64,000 bases of DNA, from contig CAWJMB010000002.1 of NCBI GenBank assembly GCA_963843845.1, positions 960,001 to 1,024,000 of the forward strand, given 5' to 3'. Of this stretch, positions 42,583 through 54,401 are shown one piece after another (position 1 is the first letter of the stretch; every line of letters starts with the position of its first letter). Below the pieces are notes generated by a model, which saw nothing but the letters and a program-made list of their open reading frames with translations, did no database searches and had not been told where the DNA came from. The translations under genes were made by a program, and so were the position numbers. The stretch is from an uncultured Gemmatimonadaceae bacterium (lineage in GTDB: Bacteria > Gemmatimonadota > Gemmatimonadetes > Gemmatimonadales > Gemmatimonadaceae).

Positions 42583-45500
42583 ATGCTGACCCGCGCCTCC
42601 TCGCTCCTCGCCGCACTCGCCGGCCTCGCCTCGGTCGCCTCGGTCGCCTCGGTCGCCTCGGCGCAGAGCACGCGGCTGCTTCGCCAGCCGACGCTCAGCG
42701 CGACGCAGGTCGCGTTCGAGTACGGCGCCGACCTCTGGGTCGTCGGGAAGGACGGCGGCCCGGCACGGCGGCTCACGAGCACGCCGGCCGTCGAGAGCGA
42801 GCCGCACTTCTCGCCGGACGGCCGCTGGATCGCGTTCACCTCCACGCGGAGCGGCGGGCCCGCGGTGTTCGTCGTGTCGGCCGACGGCGGGGACGCGCGG
42901 CGGCTCACCTGGAGCCCGGCCGGCGAGCGCGCGCGCGGCTGGACGCCCGACGGCAAGCACGTCCTGTTCTCGTCGGGCCGCGTGTCCGCCCCGACGACGT
43001 ACGCGAAGCTGTTCACGATCCCCGTCGACGGTGGGCCGGCGCGGCAGCTCCCGGCGTACATGGGACTCCGCGGAAGCTTCTCCCCGAACGGAGAGCAGGT
43101 GGTCGTCGATCGTGTGGACCGCTGGGACGTCGAGTTCCGCAGCTACCGCGGCGGGCAGAACACCCCGCTCGTCGTCATGAACGTCGCGACCGGCGCCGAG
43201 TCGAAGCTGCCGAACGAGCGGACGATGGACATCGACCCGGTGTGGCTCGGCGAGACGATCTACTTCCTGTCGGACCGCGACTGGGCGACGAACGTCTGGT
43301 CGTACGACACGCGGACGCGGGCGCTGACGCAGCTCACACGCTTCAAGGACGCCGACGTGAAAGCGCTGGGCGGGCACGGCGCGACGCTCGTCTTCGAGCA
43401 GGACGGGTGGCTGTGGACGATGCCGACGGCCGGCGGCGCGCCGAGGAAGCTCGACGTCTCGGCGCGCGGCGACTTTCCGTGGGCGATGCCGCGCTTCACG
43501 GACGTCACGCGCACGATCGCGAGCGCGTCGTTGGGGCCGAACGGGCGACGCGCCGTGTTCGAGTCGCGCGGCGAGATCTTCACCGTGCCGGTCGAGAAGG
43601 GGGACGCGCGCAACCTGACGCGCTCCGCCGGTGCCGCCGACCGCGCGCCGGTGTGGGCGCCCGACGGCCGCCGCGTCGCGTGGTTCTCCGACGAGGGCGC
43701 CGGCTACCGCCTCACGATCGCCGACGCCGACGGGCTCACGCCGCCGAGAACGTTAGGCATCGACGACGCGAAGTTCGCGTGGAAGCCGGCGTGGTCCCCC
43801 GACGGCGCGCGCATCGCGTTCGTCGACGACAAGGTGCGGCTCCGCGTGATCGACGTCGCGACGGGGCGGATGACGACGGCCGACACCGGCGGCGCGGCGA
43901 ACGACCGCGGCGCCATGCGCCCGCAGTGGTCGCCCGACTCGCGCTGGCTCGCCTACGCGAAGACGTTCGCGAACCAGTTCCAGCGCGTCGTCGTCTGGTC
44001 GGCGGCGGACGGCGGCCGCCACACGCTGACCGACGCGCTCGCGAGCGCCACCGAGCCGGTGTGGGACCGCAACGGCAAGTGGCTCTACTTCCTCGCGAGC
44101 ACGGACCTCGGCGTCGGCAGCGGGTGGGCGGACCTCGGCAACGTCGTGCGCGGGTCGACGAACGGCGTCTACGTCGCGCTGCTGCGCAACGACGAGCCGA
44201 CGCCGTTCACGCCGGAGAGCGACGAGGAGGCCGCGGCGCGCATGATCGGCACGCCGCCGGGCACGCCGTCGCCCGGCTCGCCCGGCCCCGGCGCGCCGCG
44301 ACCGGGCGCCCCCGGCACACCCGGCACACCCGGCACACCCGGCGACTCGGCGCGCGGGGGCGGCGCGGGGGGCGCACCGCGCGTCGCCGCGCCGCTCGAC
44401 ACGACGCGCCGCGGCAGCGACACGACGCGCGCCCGCGCGACGCCCGTGCGCATCGACTTCGACCGGATCGACCGGCGCATCCTCGCGCTGCCGATGCCGG
44501 TGCGCGACTACGCGACGCTCCTCCCCGGCCCCGCGGGCACGCTGTTCGTCGCCGAGCGCGTGCCGAACCAGCCGGGGACGACGCTCCACAAGTGGGACAT
44601 GGCGAAGCGCGCGGCGACCGTGTTCGTCACCGGCGTGTCGCGCGTCTCGGCGTCGGCGGACGGGAAGAAGCTGCTCTGGCAGCCGGGACACAGCTGGGTG
44701 GTCGTCGGCGCCGACGCGCCGCCGCGCGCGGGCGACGGCGCGCTCCGCGTCTCGCTCGAGACCGCAGCTCGACCCGACGGCAGAATGGCGGCAGATCTTC
44801 GACGAGGCGTGGCGCATCGAGCGCGACTTCTTCTACGATCCGAACCACGCACGGCGCGGACTGGACCGCGGTGCAGCGCGCGCTACGCGCCGCTCGTGCC
44901 GCATCGTGCAGCACCGCGCCGACCTGACGTACGTGCTCGACCAGGTCGGCGGCGAGCTCGCCGTGGGGCATTCGTTCGTGCGCGGCGGCGACATGCCCGG
45001 CCGACCGACTCGTCGCGCGTCGGTGCGCTCGGCGCCGACCTCGTCGCCGACGGCGAGCGGTGGCGCATCGCGCGCATCTACACGAGCGAGAGCTGGAACC
45101 CCGGGCTGCGCGCGCCGCTCGACGCGCCAGGCGTGAAGGCGCGCGTCGGCGACTACCTGCTCGAGGTCAACGGCGTCGCCGGTCACGACGCGCGACGAGC
45201 CGTGGAAGGCGCTCGACGGCACCGCCGAGCGGCAGACCGTGCTGCGGCTCGGCCGAGCGCGCCGACGGCGAGCGGCGCGTGGACCGTGACGGTGATCCCG
45301 GTGCGCACCGAGGCGCAGCTCCGGCAGCGCGCATGGATCGAGGACAACCGCCGCCGCGTCGACTCGCTGTCGCGCGGCACGCTGGCCTACGTGTGGGTGC
45401 CCAACACGAGCCAGCCGGCGATCACCGCGTTCGACCGCTACTACTTCGCGCAGCAGGACCGGCAGGGCGCGGTGATCGACGAGCGGTTCAACGGCGGCGG

Positions 45501-46111
45501 GCTGCTCGACGACTACATGGTCGGCATCATGAGCCGCAAGCCGGTGGGCGGCGTGACGACTACGTGCCTGGCGCGGCGTCGACTGCGCCTGCCGGCGGCG
45601 GGCATCTGGGGCCCGAAGGTGCTGGTCACCAACGAGCTCGCGGGCTCAGGCGGCGACTACTTCCCGTGGGTGTTTCCGCAGCTGAAGGTCGGCCCGCTCA
45701 TCGGCACGCGCACGTGGGGCGGGCTCGTGAACGCGTCCGTGCCGTATCCGCTCGTGGACGGCGGCACGATCACCGCGCCGGCGCACGCGGTGTTCGGCCC
45801 GAACGGCGAGTTCATCGCCGAGGGCGAGGGCGTGCCGCCCGACATCGAGGTGCTGCAGGACGTCGCAGCGCCGTGGCGCGGGGCGCGATCCGCAGCTCGA
45901 GCGCGCCGTGCAGGAGGCGATGAGGCTGGTCGCGGCGAATCCGGTCGTCGCCCCGAAGACGCCAGCCTCCGTGCCCATCCGCTGCGCGGCGCCCGCGCTG
46001 AGGCTGAACCTCGGGGCGACGGGTTCGCGTCAGACGGGCGCGTTCGTCACGGCCATCACCAGGTCTCGACTCATGCGCGCGCGCGATCCTGGATCGTGCT
46101 CGTCGCGGTGA
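42583..46111 (+). CDS. Tricorn-like S41 protease; frameshifted, 3' end uncertain
   Basis: Signal peptide; beta-propeller SPDG repeats; IFDEAWR, DERFNGGG, AGSGGD (catalytic Ser), GTRTWGG, GVPPDIEV, DPQLERA; several indels about 44760-45880. Confidence 0.85.
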
Positions 46112-46331
46112 CTGCCGTGCTGCCTGACGTTTCGCAGGGCCAGCGACTCGCCGGCGGCTCCAGCCGTCCGATCCGCGTCGGCATCAACGGCGGCGCGGCC
46201 TCGCGATCCGACTCGGTCCGATCGACGGCGTCATCGAGGGACGCATCGCGAACGTCTACACGAAGCAGGAGACGTTCGGGAATCTGAAGAACGTGCAGTA
46301 CGTGCCGGTCACGTTCGGCTTCGTGTTTTGA
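46073..46331 (+). pseudogene. Remnant of an outer-membrane beta-barrel protein with apparent internal deletion
   Basis: Signal-peptide-like SWIVLVAVTAVL, then RPIRVGINGGA joined almost directly (frame change) to LAIRLGPIDGVIEGRIANVY..YVPVTFGFVF-stop with terminal Phe. Confidence 0.45.
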
Positions 46332-46405
46332 CAGAAGGAACAGAAGGAACCGAAGGAGATCATGAGCAGCGCTCGTCTTCTGTGCCTTCTGTTCCTTCTG
46401 TCAAA
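46327..46405. repeat. Perfect 21-bp inverted repeat between convergent genes (REP-like or bidirectional terminator)
   Basis: TTTGACAGAAGGAACAGAAGG (46327-46347) and CCTTCTGTTCCTTCTGTCAAA (46385-46405). Confidence 0.85.
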
Positions 46406-47677
46406 GAATCCAGCCGCCGCTGCAGATAGCGGCGCTCCGGGCCTAACGCGGTGAGCGCGAGCGCGGCACGGTAGCTCTCCGCCGCTTCCGTTCGGCGCCC
46501 GGCGCGGCGCAGCAGGTCGGCGCGTGCGGCGGGGAGCAGGTGATAGCCGCGCAACGCGGCGAACGCGCCGCCGGCCGCGAAGCGATCGAGGAGCGCGAGG
46601 CCGGCGTCTGGCCCCTCGGCCATCGCGACGGCGACCGTGCGATTGAGCGCGACGACCGGCGACGGCGCGACGCGGTGCAGCACGGCGTACAGCGCCGCGA
46701 TCTGCCGCCAGTCGGTGTCCGCCGCGTTCAGCGGCTCGGCGTGCAGCGCGGCGATCGCGGCCTGCAGCGCGTACGCCGCCGAGGCGCGCGCCGCGCAGCG
46801 CCCGCTCGACGCGCGCGAGCCCCTCGGCGATCGTCGCGCGGTCCCATCGCGAGCGGTCCTGCTCGTCGAGCAGCAGCAGGTCGCCGTCGGGCGTCGTGCG
46901 CGTGTCGTGCCGCGAGTCGTGAAGCAGCATCAGCGCGAGCAGCGCGCTCGCCTCGGTCTCGTGCGGCATGAGCTCGACGAGCAGCCGCCCGAGGCGGATC
47001 GCCTCGGCGCACAGCTCGCGACGCACGAGCGAGTCGCCAGCCGTCGCGGCGTAGCCCTCGCTGAACACGAGGTAGACCACCGCGAGCACCGCGTCGAGCC
47101 GCGCGGCGCAGCGCGTCGCGCGGCGGGACGTCGTACGGAATGCGCGCCGCGCGGATCTTCTGCTGCGCGCGGACGAGCCGCTGCGCCATCGTCGCCACCG
47201 GCACGAGGAAGGCGCGCGCGATCTCGTCGGTCGACAGCCCGCACGATCGTGCGCAGCGTGAGCGCGACCTGCGCCTCGACGGCGAGCGCAGGGTGGCAGC
47301 AGGTGAAGACGAGCCGCAGCCGGTCGTCCTCGATGTCTGGCGCCTCGAGCGATCGCATCGGTCGGCGCGGCGCGCTGATACGCCTCGATCTCGGCGAGCG
47401 TCGCGAGCTCGTCGCGCTTGCGAGCGAGCGACGCGCGCCGCCGCAGGTGGTCGACCGCCTTGAAGCGCCCCGTGCTGACGAGCCACGCGCGCGGGTTCGC
47501 CGGCACGCCGTCCACCGGCCACCGCTCGACCGCCGCCGCGAACGCGTCGTGCATCGCGTCCTCGGCGAGGTCGAAGTCGCCCAACAGGCGGATGAGCGTC
47601 GCGACGATGCGACGCGCGTCGTCGCGATAGAGCTGTGCGATCGCGTCGCCCGTCGTGTCGCCCGTCGCGTCGATCAT
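46360..47677 (-). CDS. ECF42-type sigma factor with DUF6596/TPR C-terminal extension; frameshifted
   Basis: DFDLAEDA, PANPRAWL, DDRLRLVFTCCHPAL, YLVFSEGY, EQDRSRWD, SPVVALNR, YHLLPAARA motifs over several frames. Confidence 0.85.
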
Positions 47678-48128
47678 CGCGAACAGGTCGTGCGTGCGCG
47701 GCGCGATCGACGCCCGATGCCCTCACGCTCGCCGCGTGCGCCGCGCCCGCGTCGCTCGGCGCCTTGCTCATCTCGGCGGAGAAGTCGACGATCGGCCGCA
47801 CCTCGATCGGTGCCGATGCGCGACGACGGGATCCGCGCGGCGATCGCGATCGCCTCGTCGAGATTCGCCGCGTCGACGAGGTAGAAGCCGCCGAGCTGCT
47901 CGCGCGTCTCGGCGAACGGGCCGTCGGTCGTCTGCACTGCGCCGCCGCGCACGCGCACCGTCGACGCCGTCGCGATCGGCTGCAGCGCCTCGCCGGCGAC
48001 GTACTGGCCGCTCTCCCTGGATCGCCGTCGGTGAACGCGAAGTACTCGCCCATCATCGCCCTGCCTTCGTCCGGGGTCATCGTCTCCCAGCTCTTCTCGT
48101 CGTCGTAGATCAGGAGGACGTACTTCAT
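47674..48128 (-). CDS. YciI/DGPF family protein; frameshifted, 3' end uncertain
   Basis: MKYVLLIY, TDGPFAETREQLGGFY, IEVRP motifs; typical ECF42 partner. Confidence 0.85.
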
Positions 48129-48194
48129 GGGACACGCTCCGGGTGGGTGGGAACAGGGGCCCGCGGCATACCGCGCGGTGCTGCACGTGCCCTC

Positions 48195-48223
48195 TAGTCG
48201 AACGACGGCGCCGCGATTCGACA
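48195..48223 (-). promoter_or_regulatory. Putative ECF42-dependent promoter (-35 TGTCGA, 17-bp spacer, -10 CGAC)
   Basis: Minus strand reads TGTCGA-atcgcggcgccgtcgtt-CGACT about 70 bp upstream of the DGPF gene; matches the ECF42 consensus as I recall it (TGTCGA / CGWC). Confidence 0.6.
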
Positions 48224-48310
48224 GCGAGCCGTCACGCGGCAAGAATGACCTGTCCGAACCTTTCGCGACAGCCGCGCCTCTCTCCAGTCGACCCCTGCCC
48301 GGAGACCCGC

Positions 48311-48436
48311 ATGACTGACACGCCCCTGTGCCGACGTCGCACGATCTCGCTGCGCGCCGCCGTCATCGCGTTCGCGATCGTCGAGGCCGTCGTGATCGTC
48401 GGCGCCCTCGCCGCCACCTACCTGCGCCGAGGGTGA
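48311..48436 (+). CDS. Small (41 aa) single-TM peptide
   Basis: GGAGA RBS before ATG 48311; hydrophobic stretch; 1 bp from the next gene. Confidence 0.5.
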   Translation: MTDTPLCRRRTISLRAAVIAFAIVEAVVIVGALAATYLRRG

Positions 48437-48437
48437 C

Positions 48438-48746
48438 ATGACCACCTCTCCCGACCTGGACGCGATCCGCTCCGGCGTGCTCGATCGCATGGAGCGCAAC
48501 GCGTCGAACATGCGGCTCGCGATCGGCGGCGCAGCGTGCGTGGAGCTGGGGCTGCTCGTCTACGCGCTGCTGACCATCGACTTCTCGGTGCGACTCGAGA
48601 AGGCGATCTTCGTGCTCGTCGTGCTGCTGTACACGATCATCCTCCTCGGCCTCGCGGCGCTCGGTGCGCACGTGTCGCGCGTGGGCGACCGCGTGCTCGC
48701 GGCGCTCGCCGCGCTCGCCGCGCTGCCGCCGTCGACGCCGCGGTGA
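48438..48746 (+). CDS. Small two-TM membrane protein (possible anti-sigma factor)
   Basis: Two hydrophobic helices; GTGA-coupled to the ECF gene. Confidence 0.6.
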   Translation: MTTSPDLDAIRSGVLDRMERNASNMRLAIGGAACVELGLLVYALLTIDFSVRLEKAIFVLVVLLYTIILLGLAALGAHVSRVGDRVLAALAALAALPPSTPR

Positions 48747-49324
48747 TCGATGGCGCGGCGCTCGCGCTGCTCGTCGGGCGCGCGCAGTGCGGCGACCCGC
48801 GCGCGCTCGACGCGCTGCTGCGCGCGCTGCAGGCGCCGCTCTGGGCACACGTCCGCGCGATCGTGCGCGACGACGGCGCGGCGGAAGAGGTGCTGCAAGA
48901 CGCGCTGCTGCACGTCGCGCGGCGACTGCCGTCGCTGCGCGAGCCGCGCTGGCTGCGTGCCTGGGCCTACCGCATCGCGACGCGACTCGCCGTCCGCCGT
49001 GCGCAGCGTGACCGCCGGTGGGGCGACCTGTTCGGCGACGACGACGTCGCGTCGTTGCCCGCGCCGGCCGAGGAGCCGCGCTTCGACCCGGCACTGATCG
49101 CCGCGCTCCCCGCGCACGTCGACGCGCTCTCGCCAGCCAGCGCGGTCGTGCTGCGCATGCACTACCTCGACGAGCTGACCTACGTCGAGATCGCCGAGGC
49201 GTTGGAGCTGTCGGTGGGGACGGTGAAGTCGAGGCTCGCGTACGGCCTCGCGTCGCTCCGACGCACCCTCGCCGCGAGCAGCGCGTCGATCGCCGAGACG
49301 TCCGCCGGGCGCTGGAAGAAGTAG
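48743..49324 (+). CDS. ECF RNA polymerase sigma factor
   Basis: [36 protein letters not shown]. Confidence 0.88.
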   Translation: MIDGAALALLVGRAQCGDPRALDALLRALQAPLWAHVRAIVRDDGAAEEVLQDALLHVARRLPSLREPRWLRAWAYRIATRLAVRRAQRDRRWGDLFGDDDVASLPAPAEEPRFDPALIAALPAHVDALSPASAVVLRMHYLDELTYVEIAEALELSVGTVKSRLAYGLASLRRTLAASSASIAETSAGRWKK

Positions 49325-51291
49325 CCCTGGCCCGAGGTCGCAGCGCAGCGTCGCGCAGGTGCTCGATCTGCGCCGCCGTCTCCATCCCTTCGGCGACGAC
49401 TTCCATGCCGAGCGTGCGGGCGAGCGCGATGATGCCGCGCACGATCTCGCGGCTCTCGCCGTCGCGCTCCATGCCGTCGATGAACGAGCGGTCGATCTTG
49501 AGCGTCTGCGAGCGGGAAGCGGCGCAGGTAGCTGAGCGACGAGTAGCCGGTGCCGAAGTCGTCGATGCTGAAGCGCACGCCGATCGCGCGTAGCGCCTCG
49601 AGCACCTCCTGCGTGCGCGTCGCGTTCTCCATCGCCGCGCTCTCGGTGATCTCGAGCTTGAGCGCGGTCGCGCTCGAGCCCCGCCGCGCTCAACGCATCG
49701 CTGCACGCGCTCGACGATGTCCGGCTGCGCGAACTGTCGCGGCCGAGACGTTGACCGCGATCGTGAGGTCGCCGGCGTCGGGGAATCGCGTCTGCCACGC
49801 GCGCATCTGTCGGCACGCCTCGCGCAGCACCCACTCGCCGATCGGCACGATGAGCCCGCTCTCCTCGGCGACGGGGATGAAGTCGACGGGCGAGACGAGC
49901 CCGCGCTGCGGGTGCGTCCAGCGCAGCAGTGCCTCGAAGCCGCGGATGCGCTCCGTATCGAGCGCGACGATCGGCTGGTAGACGAGGCGGAACTCGTTCG
50001 CGCTCGATCGCGCGCCGCAACTCGCTCTCCAGTCGCAGTCGCGCCATCGCCTGCGCGTGCATGGCGGAGTCGAACAGCTCGGCGCGGGCGCGGCCGGCGC
50101 CTTTGGCGCGGTACATCGCGGCGTCGGCGTTGCGCAGCACTCGTCGGCGCTCGTGAGGCCGGCGCGTGTCGGTCGCGATCCCGATGCTCGCTGACGTCAC
50201 GATCTCGTGCCCGTCGATCTCGAACGGCGTCTCGAGCGCGTGCTGACAGCCGCGCCGCCACGCGGAACGCGTCGCTGTCGTCGGTGATGTCGTCGAGCAG
50301 CACGGTGAACTCGTCGCCGCCGAGTCGGGCGAGCGTGTCCTCGCCGGACGTGCGCTCGCCGGGCGCGCGCGGCTGCAAGTCGTCGCGTCGCAGGCAGCCG
50401 CTCAGGCGCCCGCGCCACACCCTGCACGAGCCGATCGCCGGCGAGGTGGCCGAGGCTGTCGTTGATCAGCTTGAAGCGGTCGAGGTCGAGGAAGAGCACC
50501 GCGAAGCGATACGACGGGTGCCGCCGCGCGCGCTTGATCGCGATGTCGAGGCGCTCGCGGAAGAGCGCGCGGTTCGGGAGCCCGGTGAGCGCGTCGTGAA
50601 AGGCGTCGTGGTACAGCCGCTCCTCGGCGCGCTTCCGCTCGAACACGCGGCCGAGCTGCGTGCCGATCTGGAGCGCGAGGCCGAGCAAGCGCGGGTCCGG
50701 CGGCTCGACCGAGTCGGTGAAGAACTCGAGCACCGCGCCGACCTGCGCGCCGACGAGCACCGGGAAGCCGAAGGCGGCGCGCACGCCGGCCGCGCGGGCG
50801 TACGGGGCGCGGGGAAAGTTCGCGTCCTCGGTGACGTTCGGGATCCAGAGCGGCGTCGCGCTCTCGAGCACGCGGCCCGGCAGCCCGACGCCGCGCGCGA
50901 ACGCGGCGTGCGCGCTCGCCTCGATGAACGGGCCGTAGCGGTCGGAGGCGTCGCAGTGCCACACGCCCGACGACCGCATCGTGCTGCCGCCGTCGCTCGC
51001 GAGCAGCGCATGGCCGATCGCCCAGTTCGTGTAGCCGCAGAGCTGCGCGAGCGCGAAGCGCGTCACGGCCTCGACCGACGTCGCGCGGTTCGCCTCCGCC
51101 GTCACGTCGCCGAGCAGCACGATGTCGCGCTGCCGGTCGTAGAGCTCGCGCAGCCCGCGCTCGGCGACCGACTCGGCTTCGAGTCGCGCCGTGCGCTCGC
51201 GTTCGAGCCGCCGCGTGAGGCGCTCGATCCGCGCCGCCGCGTCGTCGACGGACGTGGCGGCGGACGCCTGATCAGGCCACTGCAGCGACAC
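49180..51291 (-). CDS. GAF + GGDEF + EAL c-di-GMP enzyme; multiply frameshifted, 3' end uncertain
   Basis: Coiled coil, GAF ([14 protein letters not shown]), [58 protein letters not shown]. Confidence 0.85.
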
Positions 51292-51832
51292 GCGCGGCGG
51301 CGAAGGCGAGCTCGAACGTGCAGCACTCGTCGCCGCGGTGCATGCACGTCGACTGCGAGATCGTGACGTCCTCGTCGAAGTAGTCCGCCGCGCCGAACAC
51401 GAAGCCCTCCGCGAGCGCGCAGAGCGTGCGCGCCGAGCGGTACTCCATGACGATCGCGTCGCCGGTGGACGGTCGGAAATAGAACGTCGGCACGTCGGCG
51501 CCGGGGTAGAGCTTCCGCACCTCGGGGTGGATGATGTCGTTCAGCGTGAGCAGGAACCGTCGCGTCGATCCGGTGCGGTGAAAGAAGCCCGGATACTTCT
51601 GCGCGAGCATCGGCATCGCGCCGCGCCCGAACCATCGCAGGATGTCGGCGGCCGGCCTGTCGAGCGCCGTCGACGCGGCCGCCACGAGTCGCATCATCTC
51701 CGCGTCCGGGTAGCTGCCGAGCGACGTGTACGCGCCGTTCGCGCCCGCCGCGTCGATCAGGTCGTCCCACACGTCGTCGCCGAACTCTCGGCGCACGAGG
51801 TCGCCGAGCAGATTGAACACGATTCCCTTCAC
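51272..51832 (-). CDS. H-NOX (heme NO-binding) domain protein
   Basis: (M)KGIVF N-terminus, proximal His in IIHPEV, Pro, YRSAR (YxSxR) heme-propionate motif. Confidence 0.88.
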   Translation of the reverse strand: MKGIVFNLLGDLVRREFGDDVWDDLIDAAGANGAYTSLGSYPDAEMMRLVAAASTALDRPAADILRWFGRGAMPMLAQKYPGFFHRTGSTRRFLLTLNDIIHPEVRKLYPGADVPTFYFRPSTGDAIVMEYRSARTLCALAEGFVFGAADYFDEDVTISQSTCMHRGDECCTFELAFAAARVAAVA

Positions 51833-52037
51833 GTCGCCGGCTCTCGAAGTCGGATCGCGGCCCATCCGCGGTCACGGGGTGAGACGAGCGGCGCGACGCC
51901 GGGCAACGGGTGGATCGGCAGCGTCGCGGCGTCGCCGGCCGGCCACCGTGTCGTCGTCGTCCCGCCCTCGTGCGACGCGAGCCGAGCGGCGGAGCGGGCG
52001 GACTATCTTTCGCGCCCGCTCACGCCATCCGCCTGCC

Positions 52038-54397
52038 ATGCTCGCCGCACTCGTCGTCGCGTTCGCCGCCGCCCGATTCGCCCAGCCTCCGATCTACGAC
52101 GGCCGCAGCGGCCGGCTCGACGTCGCCGCCGTCCGCGTCGACACGACGATCGCGGTCGACGGGCGCCTCGACGAGGCGGTGTGGCGGCGAGCGGCGCGGC
52201 TCACCGGGTTCTCGCTGTACCAGCCGGTCGACGGCCGGCCGGCGCCCGACTCGACCGAGGTGCTGCTCTGGTACTCGGCGACGGCGATGCACGTGGGAGT
52301 CCGCGCGTTCGAGCCGCACGGCGCGGTGCGCGCGACGCTCGCCGACCGCGACCGCGTGAGCGCCGACGACAACGTCGAGATCCACTTCGACACGTTCGAC
52401 GAGCGGCGGCGCGCCGTCGTGTTCATCGTCAACCCGTTCGGGATCCAGGCGGACGGCACGAAGAACGAGGTCGGCGGCTTCATCCCCGGCTCGAACGTCT
52501 CGCCGGGGCAGACGGACCTGAGCGCCGACTTCCGCTGGCAGTCGAAGGGGCGGCTCGTCGACGGCGGCTACGAGGTGGAGCTGCGCATCCCGTTCAGCAG
52601 CGATGCGCTATCCGTTGGGCGCGACGCAGCGGTGGGGCGTTCAGGTCGATGCGCCGCGTGCAGCACAGCGGGCTACGAGCAGACGTGGACGCCGGCGCGC
52701 CGCGCGTCGGCGTCGTTCATCGCGCAGGAAGGGCACCTCGTCGGGATGACCGGGATGCGGCACGGGCAGGTCGTCGAGCTGAACCCGGAGCGTGACGAAC
52801 ACCGGCGGCCGGCGCCTCGCGGGCGGTCACCGGCGTCGACCCGGGGTGGCGCTACACGAGCGACCCGCGCGTCGGCGGCAACGTGCGCTGGGCGGTCGGC
52901 AGCAACTTGGTCTCAACGGCACGGTACGCCCCGACTTCTCGCAGGTCGAGGCCGACGCGACGCAGGTCGCGGCGGACCAGCGGTTCGCGCTGTTCTATCC
53001 CGAGCGGCGGCCGTTCTTCGTCGAGGGGAGCGATCAGTTCAACGTGCCGAACACGCTCGTCTACACGCGGCGCATCGTGCAGTCCCGAGGCGGCGGCTGA
53101 AGGTGACGGGAACGTTCGGGCGGACGAACGTCGCGGTGCTGTCGGCCGTCGACGACGAGGCGACGACCCGCGACGGATCGCGCGCCGTTCGTCGGAGATC
53201 GTGCGCCTCACGCGCGACTTCGGCGCGCAGTCGACAGCGGGGCTTGTCGTACAGCACGCGGACGAGCGGCAGCGCGGGAGAACCACGTCGTCGGCGCCGA
53301 CGCGCGGCTCCTGTTCAACCGGCTCTACTACGCGCAGTTCCAGGCGGTGCAGAGCCTCGACCGGCACGGGCGCCGGTGACCGCGACGTGCGCAGCGCGCC
53401 GATGTTCGAGGCGGTCGTCGACCGCACGGGGCGCGCCTACGGCTTTCACTACAACCTGCTGGGCGTCGGCCCGCGCTTCGAGGCGGACAACGGGTTCGTC
53501 GCGCGCACGGGATTCGTGCAGCCGAACGTCGCGAACCGCTTCACGATCTTCGGCCGCCCGGGCGGGCTGTTCGAGCGATACAACCTGTTCGTGACGGCGA
53601 ACGCGATCTGGCGCTACGACGACTTCTTCGCCGGCCGCAGCCTGCTCGAGGACCGCGTCGGAGTCAGCAACACGGTGACGTTCCGCCGCGGCTGGTCGGT
53701 GAGCGTGAACCCGGCGACGGCGAGCTACGCGTTCGACCCGGCGCGCTACGCGTCGCTCTACGCGCCCGGCCCGTCGTTCGCCGACGCGCCGGTCCCCTTC
53801 GCGCCCTCCGATCGCCTCGCCACGTTCGGCAGCACGTTCTCGGTCGCGACGCCGCAGTTCCGTCGCTTCTCGGCGTCGCTCAGCACCTCGCTCGTCAACG
53901 ACGTCGATTTCCTGAGACGGCGCGCGCCCGGCGCCGCGACGTCAACGCCTCGCTCGACGTGCGGCCGAACGAGCGGATGCGCGTCACCGCGACCTACGTC
54001 GGCTCGCGCTTCACGCGACGCGCCGACGGGACCGCGTCGCTCGTGACGCGCATGCCGCGAGTGGGGCCGAGTACCAGCTGCGCGGTCCGGTGTTCGTGCG
54101 CGTCGTGTCGCAGTACGAGTCGACGCAGCGCGAGGCGCTACGCGACCCGCGGACCGGGCGCGCTGCTGCTCGTCCGGCAGCCGACCGGCACCTACGCGCC
54201 GTCGACTGCGAGCCGAACCAACGTGCTCCGCACGGACGCGCTGTTCTCGTACCGCCCGCGTCCGGCACGGTGCTCTTCGCCGGCTACGGCAACACGCTCG
54301 CCGAGCCGACGCGCTCGCCTTCCGCGACCTGCGGCGCACGAACGACGCGTTCTTCGTGAAAGGGAGCTACGTGTTTCGCTGGCTGTCGGGCGGCTGA
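52038..54397 (+). CDS. DUF5916 / CBM9-like domain outer-membrane-associated protein; multiply frameshifted
   Basis: VDGRLDEAVW, DTFD, VNPFGIQAD, ELRIPF, PDFSQVEAD, YPERRPFF, C-terminal FFVKGSYVFR. Confidence 0.75.
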
Positions 54398-54401
54398 GCG
54401 C

